Assembly: GCA_964016885.1 (NCBI GenBank)
Contig: OZ024742.1
Coordinates: forward strand, 317,936,001 to 318,000,000
Direction of reading: 5' to 3'
Length of the DNA: 64,000 bases
Source: Eledone cirrhosa
Lineage: Eukaryota
Shown here: positions 1 through 15,222 of the stretch, piece by piece
Layout of the letters: each line of letters begins with the position of its first letter
How positions within the stretch are numbered: the first letter of the stretch is position 1
Notes under the pieces: model-generated
What the model saw: only the letters and a program-made list of their open reading frames with translations
Told to the model about the DNA's origin: nothing
Databases searched by the model: none
Translations under genes and position numbers: made by a program

Positions 1-770
1 GACTGAGGTAGGAAAGGATGATTACGTCGACGGGGGCAGGAAGGGTGATTACGTCGACTGAGGCAGGAAGGGGTGATTACGTCGACTGAGGTAGGAAAGG
101 ATAAGAATGTCGACTGGGGCAGGAAAGGATGATTACGTCGACTGAGGCAGGAAGGGGTGATTACGTCGACTGGGGCAGGAAGGGTGATTACGTCGACTGA
201 GGTAGGAAAGGATGATTACGTCGACTGAGGCAGGAAAGGATGATTACGTCGACTGGGGCAGGAAGGGGTGATTACGTCGACTGGGGCAGGAAGGGTGATT
301 ACGTCGACTGAGGCAGGAAAGGATGATTACGTCGACTGGGGCAGGAAGGGGTGATTACGTCGACTGGGGCAGGAAGGGTGATTACGTCGACTGGGGCAGG
401 AAGGGTGATTACGTCGACTGAGGCAGGAAGGGGTGATTACGTCGACTGACGCAGGAAGGGTGATTACGTCGACTGAGGCAGGAAGGGTGATTACGTCGAC
501 TGAGGCAGGAAGGGGTGATTACGTTGATTGAGGCAAGAAGGGGTGATTACGTCGACTGAGGCAGGAAGGGGTGATTACGTCGACTGAGGCAGGAAGGGGT
601 GATTACGTTGATTGAGGCAAGAAGGGGTGATTACGTCGACAGACGAAGGAAGGAGTGATTACGTCTACTGAGGCAGGTAGTGGTGATGACGTCGCCTGAG
701 GCAGGAAAGGGTGATTACATCCACTGAGGCAGGAAGGGGGATGACCTCGACTGAGGAAGGAAGGGGTGGC
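1..770. repeat. Minisatellite, 27-28 bp unit GTGATTACGTCGACTGAGGCAGGAAGG(G)
   Basis: Many tandem copies visible from the window start; they degenerate toward ~770. Confidence 0.95.
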
Positions 771-846
771 AGCGTTTAACATTCGTTCCATCTGTGTGTG
801 TATATATGTATAGCGAATTGACTATACACATTGGCTTTTATGATTA

Positions 847-1004
<158 letters not shown>

Positions 1005-1671
1005 ATATTTATATATAATAGTGTGTGAGTGTATATATGTTTGTGTGTGTTTATTTAGAAAGATACATAGACAATAGAATTACAAACACACACGAATCTA
1101 CACATACATATATATATACAGACACATTTAGAAAAAATAATTATTACATCCACACAAATCTATGTCATGTGAGAAACTATAGAAGTCCAGCTTTCTAAGA
1201 TTCGTCACAGCTGTGAGTTTGTTTGCTTGTATCACTTGTGTGAGTAAACACGAAGCAACCAACCAACAAACAAACATTTCTTTTTTATATTATGTATAGA
1301 TATTATAATTAACCGTCATTTTTTACGGCACAGGGCCAGCTAGTGCGAATTAATTTTCTCATGTTACATTTCCGATCATTTCAAACGTGGTGAATGGTTC
1401 AATTATATAATTTCTTGACATAAAGCTGTTTACAACCCGATTTTTGAAGTAACATCAACTACATGAAATAAGGGACTCCGAATTGAAGTTGTTGGGGCGT
1501 TGGATAGAATGCTTTGCTGTATTTTTTCTGACTCTGCTCTGAGTTTAAACACCATCGATGTCAACGTTGCCATCACTCTTTCTATCTATCTATCTGTCGA
1601 TCTATCTAGCTTGTCTCTCTTTCTCTCTCATCATTCTCCATCTATCTATATCTATGTTTATGTATATAGTA

Positions 1672-1771
<100 letters not shown>

Positions 1772-2646
1772 TTCTTTCTCTCTCTCTGGAAGAAATTGGC
1801 TGTAGTCAAACCTGAGGAGGAATACGGACTGCCAAATTTAAAATAACCCTGTCCATGGCGGCGCCCCTACAACTCGGATAGGAGTTAAGTGCTCTGCGAT
1901 TAGTGATCATTTTTTTGCTTCATTGTTTCCTCCAAAATGTCTTCAATATTGAATAAAGACCTCCATCGGTTGCGACAATGGTTATCCCATTTGTTCGTCC
2001 AATGGAACAGCCTGTGCTTGTGAAATATACGTGCTTGTTGCTCAGTATTCCACAGACACGTGTAAATTTAACATAATTCTCTCGAAGATACATCGGAACA
2101 CACTGTGTGACAAGATTGACCCTTTGAATTACTGACAATTTATTAGACTGGCTTCCAAAACGATTCTGTTTGCACGATTTCGTAAATGACATTTGTCCGA
2201 GATACCACATAATTCGATTGAATCAGAGACTTTATGATTGCTAAGTGAACTACTTAACCATTATGTCATACCGGGATACACGGCGTTGAATATAAAGTTT
2301 AATTGAAAATGTTAAAATGTTCTCATAATTTTCGGTAAAATCCCTTTCTATCAATCTCCCCTCTCCTACCTACCACAAGAAGATATATGTATGTATATTG
2401 CTTCCACCCCCTCATTGACCAGCAGCTGGCCATCTGGCCATTGCTAAATTTGACCTTTATAAAATATCCCACACCCCCAAATAACTTCTCATTCACTACC
2501 AGAAAGGCACCCAGCAGTCAACGAGCTGCTAAACGAGCTGCTACCAAGATGAAAACTACTGTGAAATCCCACAATGAATTTTATACTTGAATTTTCAAAT
2601 CTCAAATTTTAACTCTTCTTATTATTAATTTTTCTTAACATTAATC

Positions 2647-2694
2647 AACATTTGAAAAGATGGCTTTTGGAGACCCATCGAAACCGGTCATTTT
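2647..2694 (+). ncRNA. Type I hammerhead ribozyme-like motif, U3-A8 core variant
   Basis: TTGAAAA-GATGG..CCATC-GAAA-CCGG-TC; stem I is imperfect. Confidence 0.55.
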
Positions 2695-2832
2695 TTATAC
2701 TCTTTATTATTTCCTTACCTTATAAAATTATATGTTTTTTCACAAAAAAGTATTCTGTCTCTTATATATTCCATGTGCCATTACCAACCTCAATTTTCTC
2801 TATAACCTTCGTTTTGTGTAGTAAATTACACT

Positions 2833-2886
<54 letters not shown>

Positions 2887-2926
2887 GAAAACGAAAAATC
2901 AGCGATACATCGGAACTCAATTTATT

Positions 2927-3018
2927 ACGTGTTACAATTGTTTCCTCGGGGAACAGCTCGAGGTGCGATCTGTGTGTGGATCGACCTGACTCTAGATTCA
3001 CAGGTTCCTCGAACACGT
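2927..3018 (-). ncRNA. Degenerate hammerhead with long stem II, in a TA-flanked repeat (related copy at ~51004-51105)
   Basis: ACGTGT-TCGAGGA...GAAA-CAATTG-TA-ACACGT; the core is mutated. Confidence 0.4.
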
Positions 3019-3144
3019 CTATTGATTTCGGAGCATATCCTCTTTCAACTGATTTTTCCTTTTCCATTCTATCATACTCTGCTCCGTAGGATCATAGAGT
3101 GCTCAACCGGCATACCGCCTAAGGAAGTATCTTAGCTACCATTA

Positions 3145-3219
<75 letters not shown>

Positions 3220-3871
3220 GAAAGTATAGAAATTATTGTGAGCGTGAAGCCAACAGTATTTCATAATATATAAGTGACTATAACGTCAAAATGGAAAAAA
3301 TATAAATATACATATATAGGAAAAGGTTTTTTATATATAGGCAGAACTCAACCCGTTTCGACGGGTATTTCTGGAATACCCTAAATATTAAGTACACTGG
3401 TGCGTTATGGTCCATCTGGTTCCTTACCACACTTCCTTCGTTATATATATATATATATATATATCCTAAACGGACGTTAGTCCGTTTAGTAATATTGTTG
3501 TGGTCGTGTTTTCGTTGGCAATCGTCTGTTTACGACAGTACAGCGCGGCTCTACTTTATTTAACTGAGATAAAACTTATATGAGCATGAACAGTAGATCA
3601 TTACGCATCTTTTGGCTTAAAAATCTAGAAATTTGGTCCAGCGGGAAAAAGTTTATAATCAAAGTTTGCTGATAAATCTTGTGTTCAAGTGAGTGAGTAG
3701 TAAGCGTGACGCTAGGGGAGGTAATCCAGAAATGACGTAGCTTTGTCATTAAGCCAGTTGCCTCAATTAGATTGCAATTATACTCAAAAGAACTTTAAAA
3801 TGTCAATCACTTGTCAGTAATTCACTATGATCATTTAATTATTAGATAGTTGTTGCCTTAAAAAATAGTAG

Positions 3872-5002
3872 ACCAGATAGAAAAATGCGTACAGCAAAAA
3901 AAAGTAATATTGTTGGAATATAAACCTTTAAAAATACAGGACAAGAAACTAAAATAAAACTTTAAAAGAATAGGACAAGAAACTAAGGTAAAACTTTAAA
4001 AGAATAGGACAAGAAACTAAGATAAAACTTTAAAGAATTGGACAAGAAATAAAAAAATGTTACAATAATATTAGTGGCAAAATTTTTTTATTCGTTTCCT
4101 GTGCTATGCCCCAGTATCTTCTTGATTGGTGCATAATAATTGTCATGCTCTCATTGTGCGTTGCCCCTGAGCGGTTGGTTCTGGTTGGGGTTGGTTGGCT
4201 GAGCAGTTCTGCTCCGTCAGAATAACCATTGCAAGAAGAATTGGCCGATGCAGCTGCAGATCTCCTCCAAGAATGCACTTCTGGTCCCGCAACACCAGAC
4301 GAAGATGGAGAAGACGACCGGGATAAGACGTCGACTCTGACCACCGACTACGGAACCTCCCTCAACCACCGGTCCTCCCTCCCTCTGTCCCGTCATCCCT
4401 CCAGTCCTCCTGCTCCCCCTTCCTGTACCAGAAAGCTGTGGCACGCATTCATCTGAACTGCCGGACTTGAACTCAAGGACAAGATGCAAGGAGAAGATGG
4501 ACGGGTTGGTCAAGATCAAGGATGAGCGGGACGACAAGACCGTCCGCTGCTGCTCAAGATCTGTGTTCATGGGCCCATGGGTCCATTCACATTATGCATG
4601 ACACATGAGGCGTGTCGCCGAATGATGAAATATGGGTATGGTTATGGCCCAATTGGTGTTCAAACCAGGATCAAATGATCCCCCCGGTCTGATGACGACC
4701 TCTGAATGTGGAACCCAGAGCCTATGAATGTGGAACTCGATTTTTTTACAAATAAAAATTTTGCCACTAATATTATTGTAAAATTTTTTATTTCTTGTCC
4801 AATTCTTTAAAGTTTTATCTTAGTTTCTTGTCCTATTCTTTTAAAGTTTTATCTTAGTTTCTTGTCCTATTCTTTTAAAGTTTTATCTTAGTTTCTTGTC
4901 CTATTCTTTTAAAGTTTTATTTTAGTTTCTTGTCCTGTATTTTTAAAGGTTTATATTCCAACAATATTACTTTTTTTTGCTGTACGCATTTTTCTATCTG
5001 GT
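3872..5002. mobile_element. Foldback-like element: ~220-250 bp inverted arms containing ~34 bp tandem units, around a GC-richer core
   Basis: 3872-4093 is the reverse complement of ~4751-5002; unit TAGGACAAGAAACTAAGATAAAACTTTAAAAGAA. Confidence 0.75.
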
Positions 5003-5055
5003 ATATATATATAAATAATATAAAATCAAAAGATGGTTAAAAGAGTTCCATGCAA

Positions 5056-5120
5056 TTTATTATGCGCATTTCAAAAACAAATATCATCATGGATGATATT
5101 TGCGTTCTCATCAGATAATA
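5056..5120 (-). ncRNA. Type I hammerhead ribozyme
   Basis: CTGATGA-GAACGCAAATATCATC..GATGATATTTGTTTTT-GAAA-TGCGCA-TA on the minus strand. Confidence 0.8.
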
Positions 5121-5240
5121 GGGAGACATGATATGAAGCTTAAAAAACACTTGCGAGCAATGAAGTGTTAAATCAACATATAAAGTGAAATCAACACTTC
5201 ACTGCTCGCAAGTGTTTTTTAAGTTCATATCATGTCTCCC

Positions 5241-5311
5241 TATTTTATCTGATGAGAATGCAAATATCATCCCATGATGATATTTGTTTTTGAAATGCTC
5301 ATAATAAAATA
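5241..5311 (+). ncRNA. Type I hammerhead ribozyme
   Basis: TATTTTAT-CTGATGA-stem II-GAAA-TGCTCA-TA-ATAAAATA; stem I is a perfect 8 bp. Confidence 0.85.
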
Positions 5312-5435
5312 CATGGAACTCTTTTAACCATCTTTTGATTTTATATTATTTATATTCCAGTCCTATAAACTGTTGAGTGCTACTTATCCGATATTTGCAT
5401 CGCTTTATTGTGCTACAATAAAACTCACCTCCTAC

Positions 5436-5515
<80 letters not shown>

Positions 5516-6000
5516 CAAACATAAATTATCGAGATTCGCATTTCGGCCCACGAAATAACGAAAAACAACCTCCGAGATGTGCGGCAAGTGCTCAATGATT
5601 CAGAAGAACCAGAGCTATAACAAACGTTAAAGGCCAAACACACTGAGACGATGGGTAAACAATCATTCACATAGCCAAAAAAACGATCAAGTAATTCGGG
5701 TATTGAAAATTTACCCGGACCCCTGGAAGGTTGGTAAAATCCAGTATATGGGTTTCTGCGGCTTCTAAATCAAGTACCGTCCGCTTACATAAATAATGTC
5801 AGGCTTCTGGTAAGATGATTGAACACAGAAGCCACTTTCTCAACAGGTTTTAGTTCAATGTTAATACAAGGACTGACTATTGCTGACCCCACGTGGGGAT
5901 CGGCAAGGGAGGCAACCCCTATATCTGGCGAATGAATTCAGTTGTGTATATTCTTGCAAGAATGCAAAAACATCACAAATCGAATAGAGTTCTCAACGTT

Positions 6001-6041
<41 letters not shown>

Positions 6042-6561
6042 TATGTTTGTTAAACTATATTTGAAACATCAAAAGCATATTTACACGAATATATTGAATG
6101 AGTTATTTACAATCAATATTTAACCAGATGGAAAGTAATGAGTTAGCGGAAACGGAAGAACACTTGACTGTGGAGTTTTTTTGTTAGTCAAGCCGACTTT
6201 GCTTTTCATCCATCAGTGATGTACTCAATCAATAATAGAATTCACGTATAGAAGGTTATACCTTCAGTCTAGTAAAACAAAAATCATTATTAAACGAAAT
6301 GGAAAAGGAAAATAAATTAATATTCACACAACAAATCTATATTTCTCAAAATGTCTCTTAATAAGCTATCATAAGGTGGCGAATTGGAGTCGTTAGAATT
6401 TCGGGTACTTTGCGGTATTTGTTCAGGCCTTACGTGGTAGAGCGCCGAACAAAATGTTTTGCAGCATTTAATCACAACTTTCTGTGTACTAAGTTCAAAT
6501 CCCACCGAAATCGACATTCTTTCCAGGTCTTTAGTAAAGTACCAGATCAGTACTGGGACTG

Positions 6562-6681
<120 letters not shown>

Positions 6682-8924
6682 TCGCTCCATCTATCTATCT
6701 CTTTCACTGGATGAAATCGACTGTGTTCAAACACGGAGATGGGTGTGCTCTGACATGTTTAAAAACTCAAAACACACCGCATGTCATCATGATATTCCTG
6801 GGCCTATGCTATTACTAATACTTGTGGAAAAGCTCTTTTAGTTCTGCTAGCTAACTATTTTGGCTGAAGAAGAAAAGCGTACAATTGTATTTACATGAAG
6901 ATTTAATAAGTTTTCCCGATAGGTTTATCAGTGTTAGAGAAGTTTCACACCTTCAATTGTCATCCAGAAGCAGGCCCTGAACTTTACAACTAGATAGTAT
7001 AAAATATTCATATCTACTAACACCGCCATCTTTCTCCACAGAAATAACACCAAAAGTCACAAATTAGTCTGGGATAGATAAATAATGAGAGTAGAATGAA
7101 AGCTCACAACAGATAATAAGTTTGTAGAAGCAAAGAAAAATGATTAAGCCAAAACATGCTAGATAGTTAACAAGAACATCACGTCTTATCCCGATTGTTG
7201 GTGGTGGTGTTGCTGCTGCTTCTGCTGCTGCTGTTGTTGTTGATGGGTATGGTGATTAGCTTTTGATCAAACCTGATCGATCAAACCTATTATCAATGGC
7301 ATACCAGCCGTGATCACCCAATCTTTGGAAGAAGTAGGAATATCTAGGACCAGATTATTTAATGTTATTCACTCTTTAAAGACGTTGGCATATGTTTTGA
7401 AAGAGAGAGAGTTTTAACTACTATTTCTTGCAAACTTGTGATCTATTAGCCAACTGTCCAGAATGGTAGACACCCTATGCCAATGATCTCCAAACTGGAT
7501 TCATACGATCCCAAAGAGTTCACTAAAATATTTTGGAGATTCATAAAAAAAGGGATTCCTCCTTGTCAGTAAAGTTTAACAGCTCTTCGTGATATTTTTC
7601 ATGACATTCTAAATATTCTACTTATGAACTGGTATAATATATATTGGAAATCGATATATATCGGCGATCGACGTTTTCGAATATTCACAGTATAAAAGCA
7701 TAAAATCAAAAGAGAAATTGCAGTTTTGGACTGCATTTTGTCATTGGGTTTTTCCAGTATTCTTATTTGCGCAGGCTTATTGGCTTTTTGTTTATTTATT
7801 AAATATTAGTCATAACCCGTCATATCGGATGAAGTTCCTTCTCTTCGAACCCTTGGCATAACGTAGAGTCATACTTCAACCTGGGAGTCCCTCTGCTGGG
7901 GAGAATGTGTCAATTATAGAATGCTATCCCTCTTTTGTGTCTGATAGAGAAAGAGTCAACTACTATTGCTCTTTGAGACTCAAATATGTCTACGTTAAAT
8001 GAAATTATCACATGATCCATATGACAGGTGCAATGTGTCCGAACACGGAAGAACCGAACTCCCACCGTCATCGAACCCATCTCTCTCACCCTCCCCATCT
8101 CTCTGTATAGTGAGCAAATGGGGTCCCATGTGCTGGCCTCCCCTCAGCCCAGGCGGACAGAATGGAGAAGGCGTTTCCCCGGAGGATGGTAAGGGAGATG
8201 CGCTGGAAGAGCCATTCCGTCTCGCGAGGCTCACACCTGCGGCTGGCCAGCTCAGCGCCTTTGGTGGTGAATAGGGAGGTAGTCCTAGGACCAATGATAA
8301 CAGAAGTCTCCACTGCCAAGGGCATGACCACAAACCTGTCACAGAGCGACCGGTACTTGGAGAGTGCTACATGTATTTAGTGGAAGTCCCGTATTGTTTA
8401 TTGGCTGGTCTCCATGTGATAAAAATACGAGTCACTGATTTTCATTTGTTTTAGTTGCCGTTAGTGCTTGTCTTGTATCCGTATTTTTTGTTTAGTTTTT
8501 GTTGTTGTGTTTTTTGTATTTTGTTGTTGATTTTTATTACAAACCTTTCGGTTATTTTAATTATCTTGTGTTTGGTTTGGTTTGGTTTTTGTTACCACCA
8601 CTGTTTTTGAAAAAAGAACACTTCAAATCACCATCCTTTCCGCAATGAAGCATCACTTTCTGCTCATCACACCCAATTTCTTATTCCTTCTTTCTTTGCC
8701 ATTGAGCCTCACCTGAATTATTTGGTCATTACCATAATTTCGAAAACAAATTCACTCTAGAGCAATCCTCGCATGTATTTATTGCTTACACTGAAATATT
8801 TCACAAAGGCCACACTATACCAGGGATCTATTTCTGTAGATACCACCAGTATACTATCCCGCGAAAATCTATAAATGTCTATCAAGGCTGTGGTAGTACT
8901 TTATGCATTCATTATTGAGGGTGA

Positions 8925-9095
8925 TTGTTTGGCAGAATCAGTTTGGAGCATCAGACACCATGCTTTGCAACATAGAGTTATGGCCCTTTGCGTTCTGAGT
9001 TCAAATCCGCCTATGTTAACTTTGCCTTTCATCCTTACGAGGTCGATCAAATAAAGCACTAGTAATGCACTGGGGTAATTGCTGGTCTTGTGCCA
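8925..9095 (+). mobile_element. tRNA-derived SINE (Nin/Sauria-like core)
   Basis: B box GAGTTCAAATCC followed by GCCTTTCATCCTTACGAGGTCGA; same family as 58381-59300. Confidence 0.8.
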
Positions 9096-9194
9096 AAAGT
9101 AAAAACAATATTGATGGTGAAAACACGAATTGGCAGTCGTTAGAAGGTTGGGTGGAAGGTTGGCGGTATTTTGTCTTGCATTCTTCTGGAGTCG

Positions 9195-9521
9195 ATTCTT
9201 CTTCTTCTTCTTCTTCTTCTTCTTCTTCTTCTTCTTCTTCTCCTCCCCCTTCTTCTTCTTTTCCTTCTTTTCCTTCTTTTCCTTCTTCTTCTTCTTCTCC
9301 TCCTCTTCCTTCTTTTTCTTTTTCTTTTCCTTCTTTTCCTTCTTCTTTTTCGCCTTTTTCGCCTTTTTCTTCTTTTTCTTCTTTTTCTTTTCTTCGTCAT
9401 CTTTCTTTTTTTCTTTTTCTTTTACTTCTTCTTTTCTTCTCCTCCTTCTCCCTCCCTCCCTTTCCCTCTCTCACTCTCTCCCTCCCTCCCTCTCTCTCTT
9501 TCCCCCTCTCTCTCTCTCTCT
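9195..9521. repeat. Pyrimidine-rich low-complexity tract, (TTC)n/(CT)n
   Basis: Direct inspection. Confidence 0.95.
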
Positions 9522-9961
9522 CAATCTCGGCTAGGATTAAAGCTGAAAAGGGATAAATATGCCACTAGGCTTTAAAATGTCGCGACAATACCCCCAACCC
9601 CTCCCCAAACCCACAACTCCATTACGAATTTAACATGTTTTATGTTTGATCTCATATTACTAATTGCAAGCCCAAAGTCTCTATTCGTCTACTTTTCTAA
9701 CTTCCTTGTTTCTTGAGAGACACAACGTTATATTAACGAGCATTTCTTAGTTTTCATTTATCCACCATCAATTTCTTCAATTACTATATCTTTTGAGTCA
9801 TGATAATGAGCTCTGGCGCAATTTTCACTGTAATTGTACATCAGAGTATATATATATATATTTTGTTGTGGTTTCTTCTACCTCGTCATTGCAGTCATTT
9901 GCCTTTGCATTATTAATATTAGACTGTAAATCTATTCCTACCTCCGTTGTTATTTATGTCT

Positions 9962-10643
<682 letters not shown>

Positions 10644-11030
10644 ATTGTTGTTTTTGTCGTTGTTGTTGTCAATGATGCTATTGTTGTTGCTGCTGCTGTT
10701 TAGCCTTATGTCATCTTCATTAGGCAGACCTATGATTGTGTGTCTTCTTGCTGTGACTATCCAGTCTTTAGCGGGATGAAGGTGGGAGTAATATCAAAGA
10801 TCACATAATCCAGTGTTTTTTCATTTAAAAAGAGAAACAGTTGGCTGCTATTTCTAGCCCATCCAGCGACTACATAAAGGCGCCCTGGTTCGCCATTGTT
10901 GTTGAATTTAATTTAAATGTTACTGATGTTACTTTGTTAAATTTTAATGATTTATACTATTGTAATTACCATCGCATTTTTTTTTTCCTTTTTCCTTTCT
11001 TTAGTAAACACTAGCAGAATGGCCCGGCGT

Positions 11031-11723
11031 TGCTCGGGATTCTAAACATAGATTGGCATGTTTATCCCTCCTTTCTGAAACAGTTCAGAGAAGTACGGAA
11101 TACCTCGGCCTGGGGATGGTGTCTACATTTTGTGCTTATAAAAAAAATTCGTCGTAGATTAATTGGGTGCCTGAGAGTAAAATGTTCAACCACGAAAACC
11201 AAGACGATAGGGTTAAGTAAAAAGGCATTCGACAAACCGAACATGTATTTGTTGTGCTATGGTACAATGAAAGCAATAGTTACAGAGCAGTAAGCATGTG
11301 GGACTGCAGTGGTGGGGGGTGTTGTTTTACTCCTTTCAATGTGTTGTCGTATGTTCACCAATTGATGCAGAAGTCCTAATAAAAATTGAAGTCGCCTTGG
11401 GTGAATAGGCAAATAATTTTACATTACGATTTTTCAAAATCATGTAATTGCGTTCCCTCTCTTTTTTGTTGTTGTTTTTGCTGCTGTTGGTGTGATATCA
11501 GCTGTTGGTCGTACTACTAACACAGTCTCATCCTTCCTCAGCCAATCGTGTATATCCACTTCTGCCTCGTCTACCTAAAAACTGATTGTAGCACCTCTTT
11601 GTACACAATGTTAGATTAAAGTTTAAGCAAAGAATCGCTGCTTTCACCCTTAACGTGATCTTCTGAAACTAAAAAAGTCAATCTGTGAACGCAGAAGTAA
11701 ATATTTTGAAAAACGTTACACAC

Positions 11724-11756
<33 letters not shown>

Positions 11757-11845
11757 TATATATACATATATACACACACACACAGATAGCGAAGAATGTC
11801 GTAAGTACGGAATACCTCGACCTGGGGATTGTGTCTACATTTTGT

Positions 11846-11855
<10 letters not shown>
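11031..11855 (-). mobile_element. Non-autonomous Helitron-like element
   Basis: Minus-strand 3' end has hairpin CCCGAGC-AAC-GCCGGG then CTAG|T; internal pieces recur at 15515-15625 and ~54100. Confidence 0.5.
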
Positions 11856-11926
<71 letters not shown>

Positions 11927-11960
11927 TATTAATAAAATAGATGTTCTTTTGATCAATTAC

Positions 11961-12012
11961 ATTTTATTATACATATTTCGGATGTACAACAGTACGTCCT
12001 CATCAGACAAAT
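11961..12012 (-). ncRNA. Type I hammerhead ribozyme
   Basis: TTTGT-CTGATGA-GGACGTAC-TGTT-GTACATCC-GAAA-TATGTA-TA-ATAAA. Confidence 0.85.
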
Positions 12013-15000
12013 AATGATACATGACATACCCTGAGATGTTAAATGGTTAAGATTTAATCAAGGTAGTGATTACCCGATAGAAAATTTTACTTATATAATA
12101 TCTGTGTGAGAGTGCGAAAACGTAATGAATTCATTAGAGAGTGTGTGAGTAAGAAAAAACGTTGCAGACTTAAAGTGTTCTAAAATTTTAAATTGTATGA
12201 TACTACATTCAATATATCTAGGGAAACGTCTCGTGAATCATAACAGCTAGTGATAACCACTGGAAAAAGATTTATAAGGAGGGAAAGATAAAGTGTGTGT
12301 GGGGGGGGGGGGGGTCGAAAGTTAAACGTTCGACTTTGAAAATATTTAATTTATAATATTAATGTGAAGACTCCAGATTTCAGGATTATTTGCTATTTAT
12401 TTATATATTATTTATATAAATTCGATAAGTGTGTTATCATTTCTAAACTTCTGAATTGTGAGAATAACATTTTAAAGGATTTAGCTGGCACGTAAAGAAT
12501 GAAATATTATACTGTTGATTAATTACCTAAATCTAAACTTTAACAACTATCTCAACATATTAGGTATGTAAAGCTTTTAAAGTACTTATTGTTATAAATA
12601 TTTGAATAACTATTATGTATATAGGTATATATTAATGAGTCAGTATGTATAAGGTAAATAATACCGACGAAGATAAAAATAAAATAAAATAAAATAATAT
12701 GTTACGGATAAAATTTATACATATGTATAATTGGGTGTAAATGTACTAATTATTCTTCAACCAAGATATCAACATATTATTAGATATAGGGATGTATATA
12801 TATAGATAGATATTAAGTATTATTAATGTAGTATACTTTAGGTAAATGATAACATTTATACTCTTAATAACGTGTTACATTTAAATATATATATACATAC
12901 ATATAAAAAAACGAATAATGAGTACATGTATAAAATTCAAAATAATGTCTATAATAATTTTTAGTTTGGATATTTTCTCTATATTTGAATCATGTATATA
13001 GAAGTATGGTAGGTATATTTAAAAATATTTAAAAATATAAAAAAATATATAAAATACAATATATAACTACATATATATTATAAAACATTATATTATAAAT
13101 AAATAAATAAGAGATCGAAAGTACAGCGAAAAATTCACATTTATATATAAGTTTGAATCCGTCTCAAATTTAGATTTTATAGTGCAGTAAGTATATTTAA
13201 AAGAAATATATGCTATATTATACTATAAATAATAGATCAAAAAGTCATTAAACATTTGGAGTTATGGATAAGTTTCATAAAAAATTTTGGATTGGGTATT
13301 AAAACTAAATTTTAAAAGAGATTACAAATGTATTAAAAATTCACAGTTAAATAAATTCAATAGATATGTAAGGATTATGTAATGTACTAAATTATAGATA
13401 AATGATGGTGTTGATCAAAGTTAACAAATAAAGTTGTGTGTATCAATGTTTAGGCATGCTAATTGAAATATTGTCATTCATTCTAACGTTGTTTTTTCTA
13501 TAGATATTTATAAAATAAAGCAATATTAAAGGCCATTGATGTTTTTTTACTGTTGATTATATATTCCTGGTAACCGAGTTATTATTGGTTCTTTCTTTCT
13601 CGTTTTATGTGAGGCTAAAAAAAGTGGACATGGCTTTATGGAGGCAACTAGAGAATAATTCACTTTTTTTGTTAATTAAGGTCTCATAATTATCAATAAT
13701 CAACCAAAGAATATTATATATCTATTGAATTTATTTAACTGTGAATTCTTAATACATTTGTAATCTCTTTTAAATTTTAGTTTTAATACCCAATCCAAAA
13801 TTTTTTATGAAACTTATCCATAACTCCAAATGTTTAATGACTTTTTGATCTATTATTTATAATATAATATAGCATATATTTCTTTTAAATATACTTACTG
13901 CACTATAAAATCTAAATTTGAGACGGATTCAAACTTATATATAAATGTGAATTTTTCGCTGTACTTTCGATCTCTTATTTATTTATTTATAATATAATGT
14001 TTTATAATATATATGTAGTTATATATTGTATTTTATATATTTTTTTATATTTTTAAATATTTTTAAATATACCTACCATACTTCTATATACATGATTCAA
14101 ATATAGAGAAAATATCCAAACTAAAAATTATTATAGACATTATTTTGAATTTTATACATGTACTCATTATTCGTTTTTTTATATGTATGTATATATATAT
14201 TTAAATGTAACACGTTGTTAAGAGTATAAATGTTATCATTTACCTAAAGTATACTACATTAATAATACTTAATATATATCTATATATATACATCCCTATA
14301 TCTAATAATATGTTGATATCTTGGTTGAAGAATAATTAGTACATTTACACCCAATTATACATATGTATAAATTTTATCCGTAACATATTATTTTATTTTA
14401 TTTTATTTTTATCTTCGTCGGTATTATTTACCTTATACATACTGACTCATTAATATATACCTATATACATAATAGTTATTCAAATATTTATAACAATAAG
14501 TACTTTAAAAGCTTTACATACCTAATATGTTGAGATAGTTGTTAAAGTTTAGATTTAGGTAATTAATCAACAGTATAATATTTCATTCTTTACGTGCCAG
14601 CTAAATCCTTTAAAATGTTATTCTCACAATTCAGAAGTTTAGAAATGATAACACACTTATCGAATTTATATAAATAATATATAAATAAATAGCAAATAAT
14701 CCTGAAATCTGGAGTCTTCACATTAATATTATAAATTAAATATTTTCAAAGTCTAACGTTTAACTTTCGACCCCCCCCCCCACCCCCCACCCCCCACACA
14801 CACACACTTTATCTTTCCCTCCTTATAAATCTTTTTCCAGTGGTTATCACTGGCTGTTATGATTCATGAGACGTTTCCCTAGATATATTGAATGTCGTAT
14901 CATACAATTTAAAATTTTAGAACACTTTAAGTCTGCGACGTTTTTTCTTACTCACACACTCTCTAATGAATTCATTACGTTTTCGCACTCTCACACAGAT

Positions 15001-15089
15001 ATTATATAAGTAAAATTTTCTATCGGATAATCACTACCTTGATTAAATCTTAACCATTTAACATCTCAGGGTATGTCATGTATCATTAT

Positions 15090-15136
15090 ATTTTGTCTGA
15101 TGAGGACGTACTGTTGTACATCCGAAATATGTATAA
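15090..15136 (+). ncRNA. Type I hammerhead ribozyme, 3' strand of stem I disrupted by a SINE
   Basis: ATTTTGT-CTGATGA-GGACGTACTGTTGTACATCC-GAAA-TATGTA-TA. Confidence 0.75.
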
Positions 15137-15222
15137 TTGTTTCTACTTTAGGCACAAGGCCAGCAATTACCAGTGCATTACTGGTACTTTATTTTATCGA
15201 CCCCGTAAGGATGAAAGGCAAA
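15137..15222 (-). mobile_element. 5'-truncated SINE
   Basis: Reverse complement of the SINE 3' half; absent from the left arm of the inverted repeat. Confidence 0.85.

Larger units (their letters stand above)
5008..5356. mobile_element. Palindromic Penelope-type pLTR unit with a hammerhead in each arm
   Basis: Arms are reverse complements centred ~5180, with a few mismatches. Confidence 0.8.

Noticed and set aside
1-770. CRISPR-like array
   Set aside because: Contiguous tandem units without unique spacers, in a eukaryotic context with no cas genes.
7850-8380. GC-richer segment with several short overlapping ORFs
   Set aside because: No recognisable motif; probably an unidentified TE fragment.
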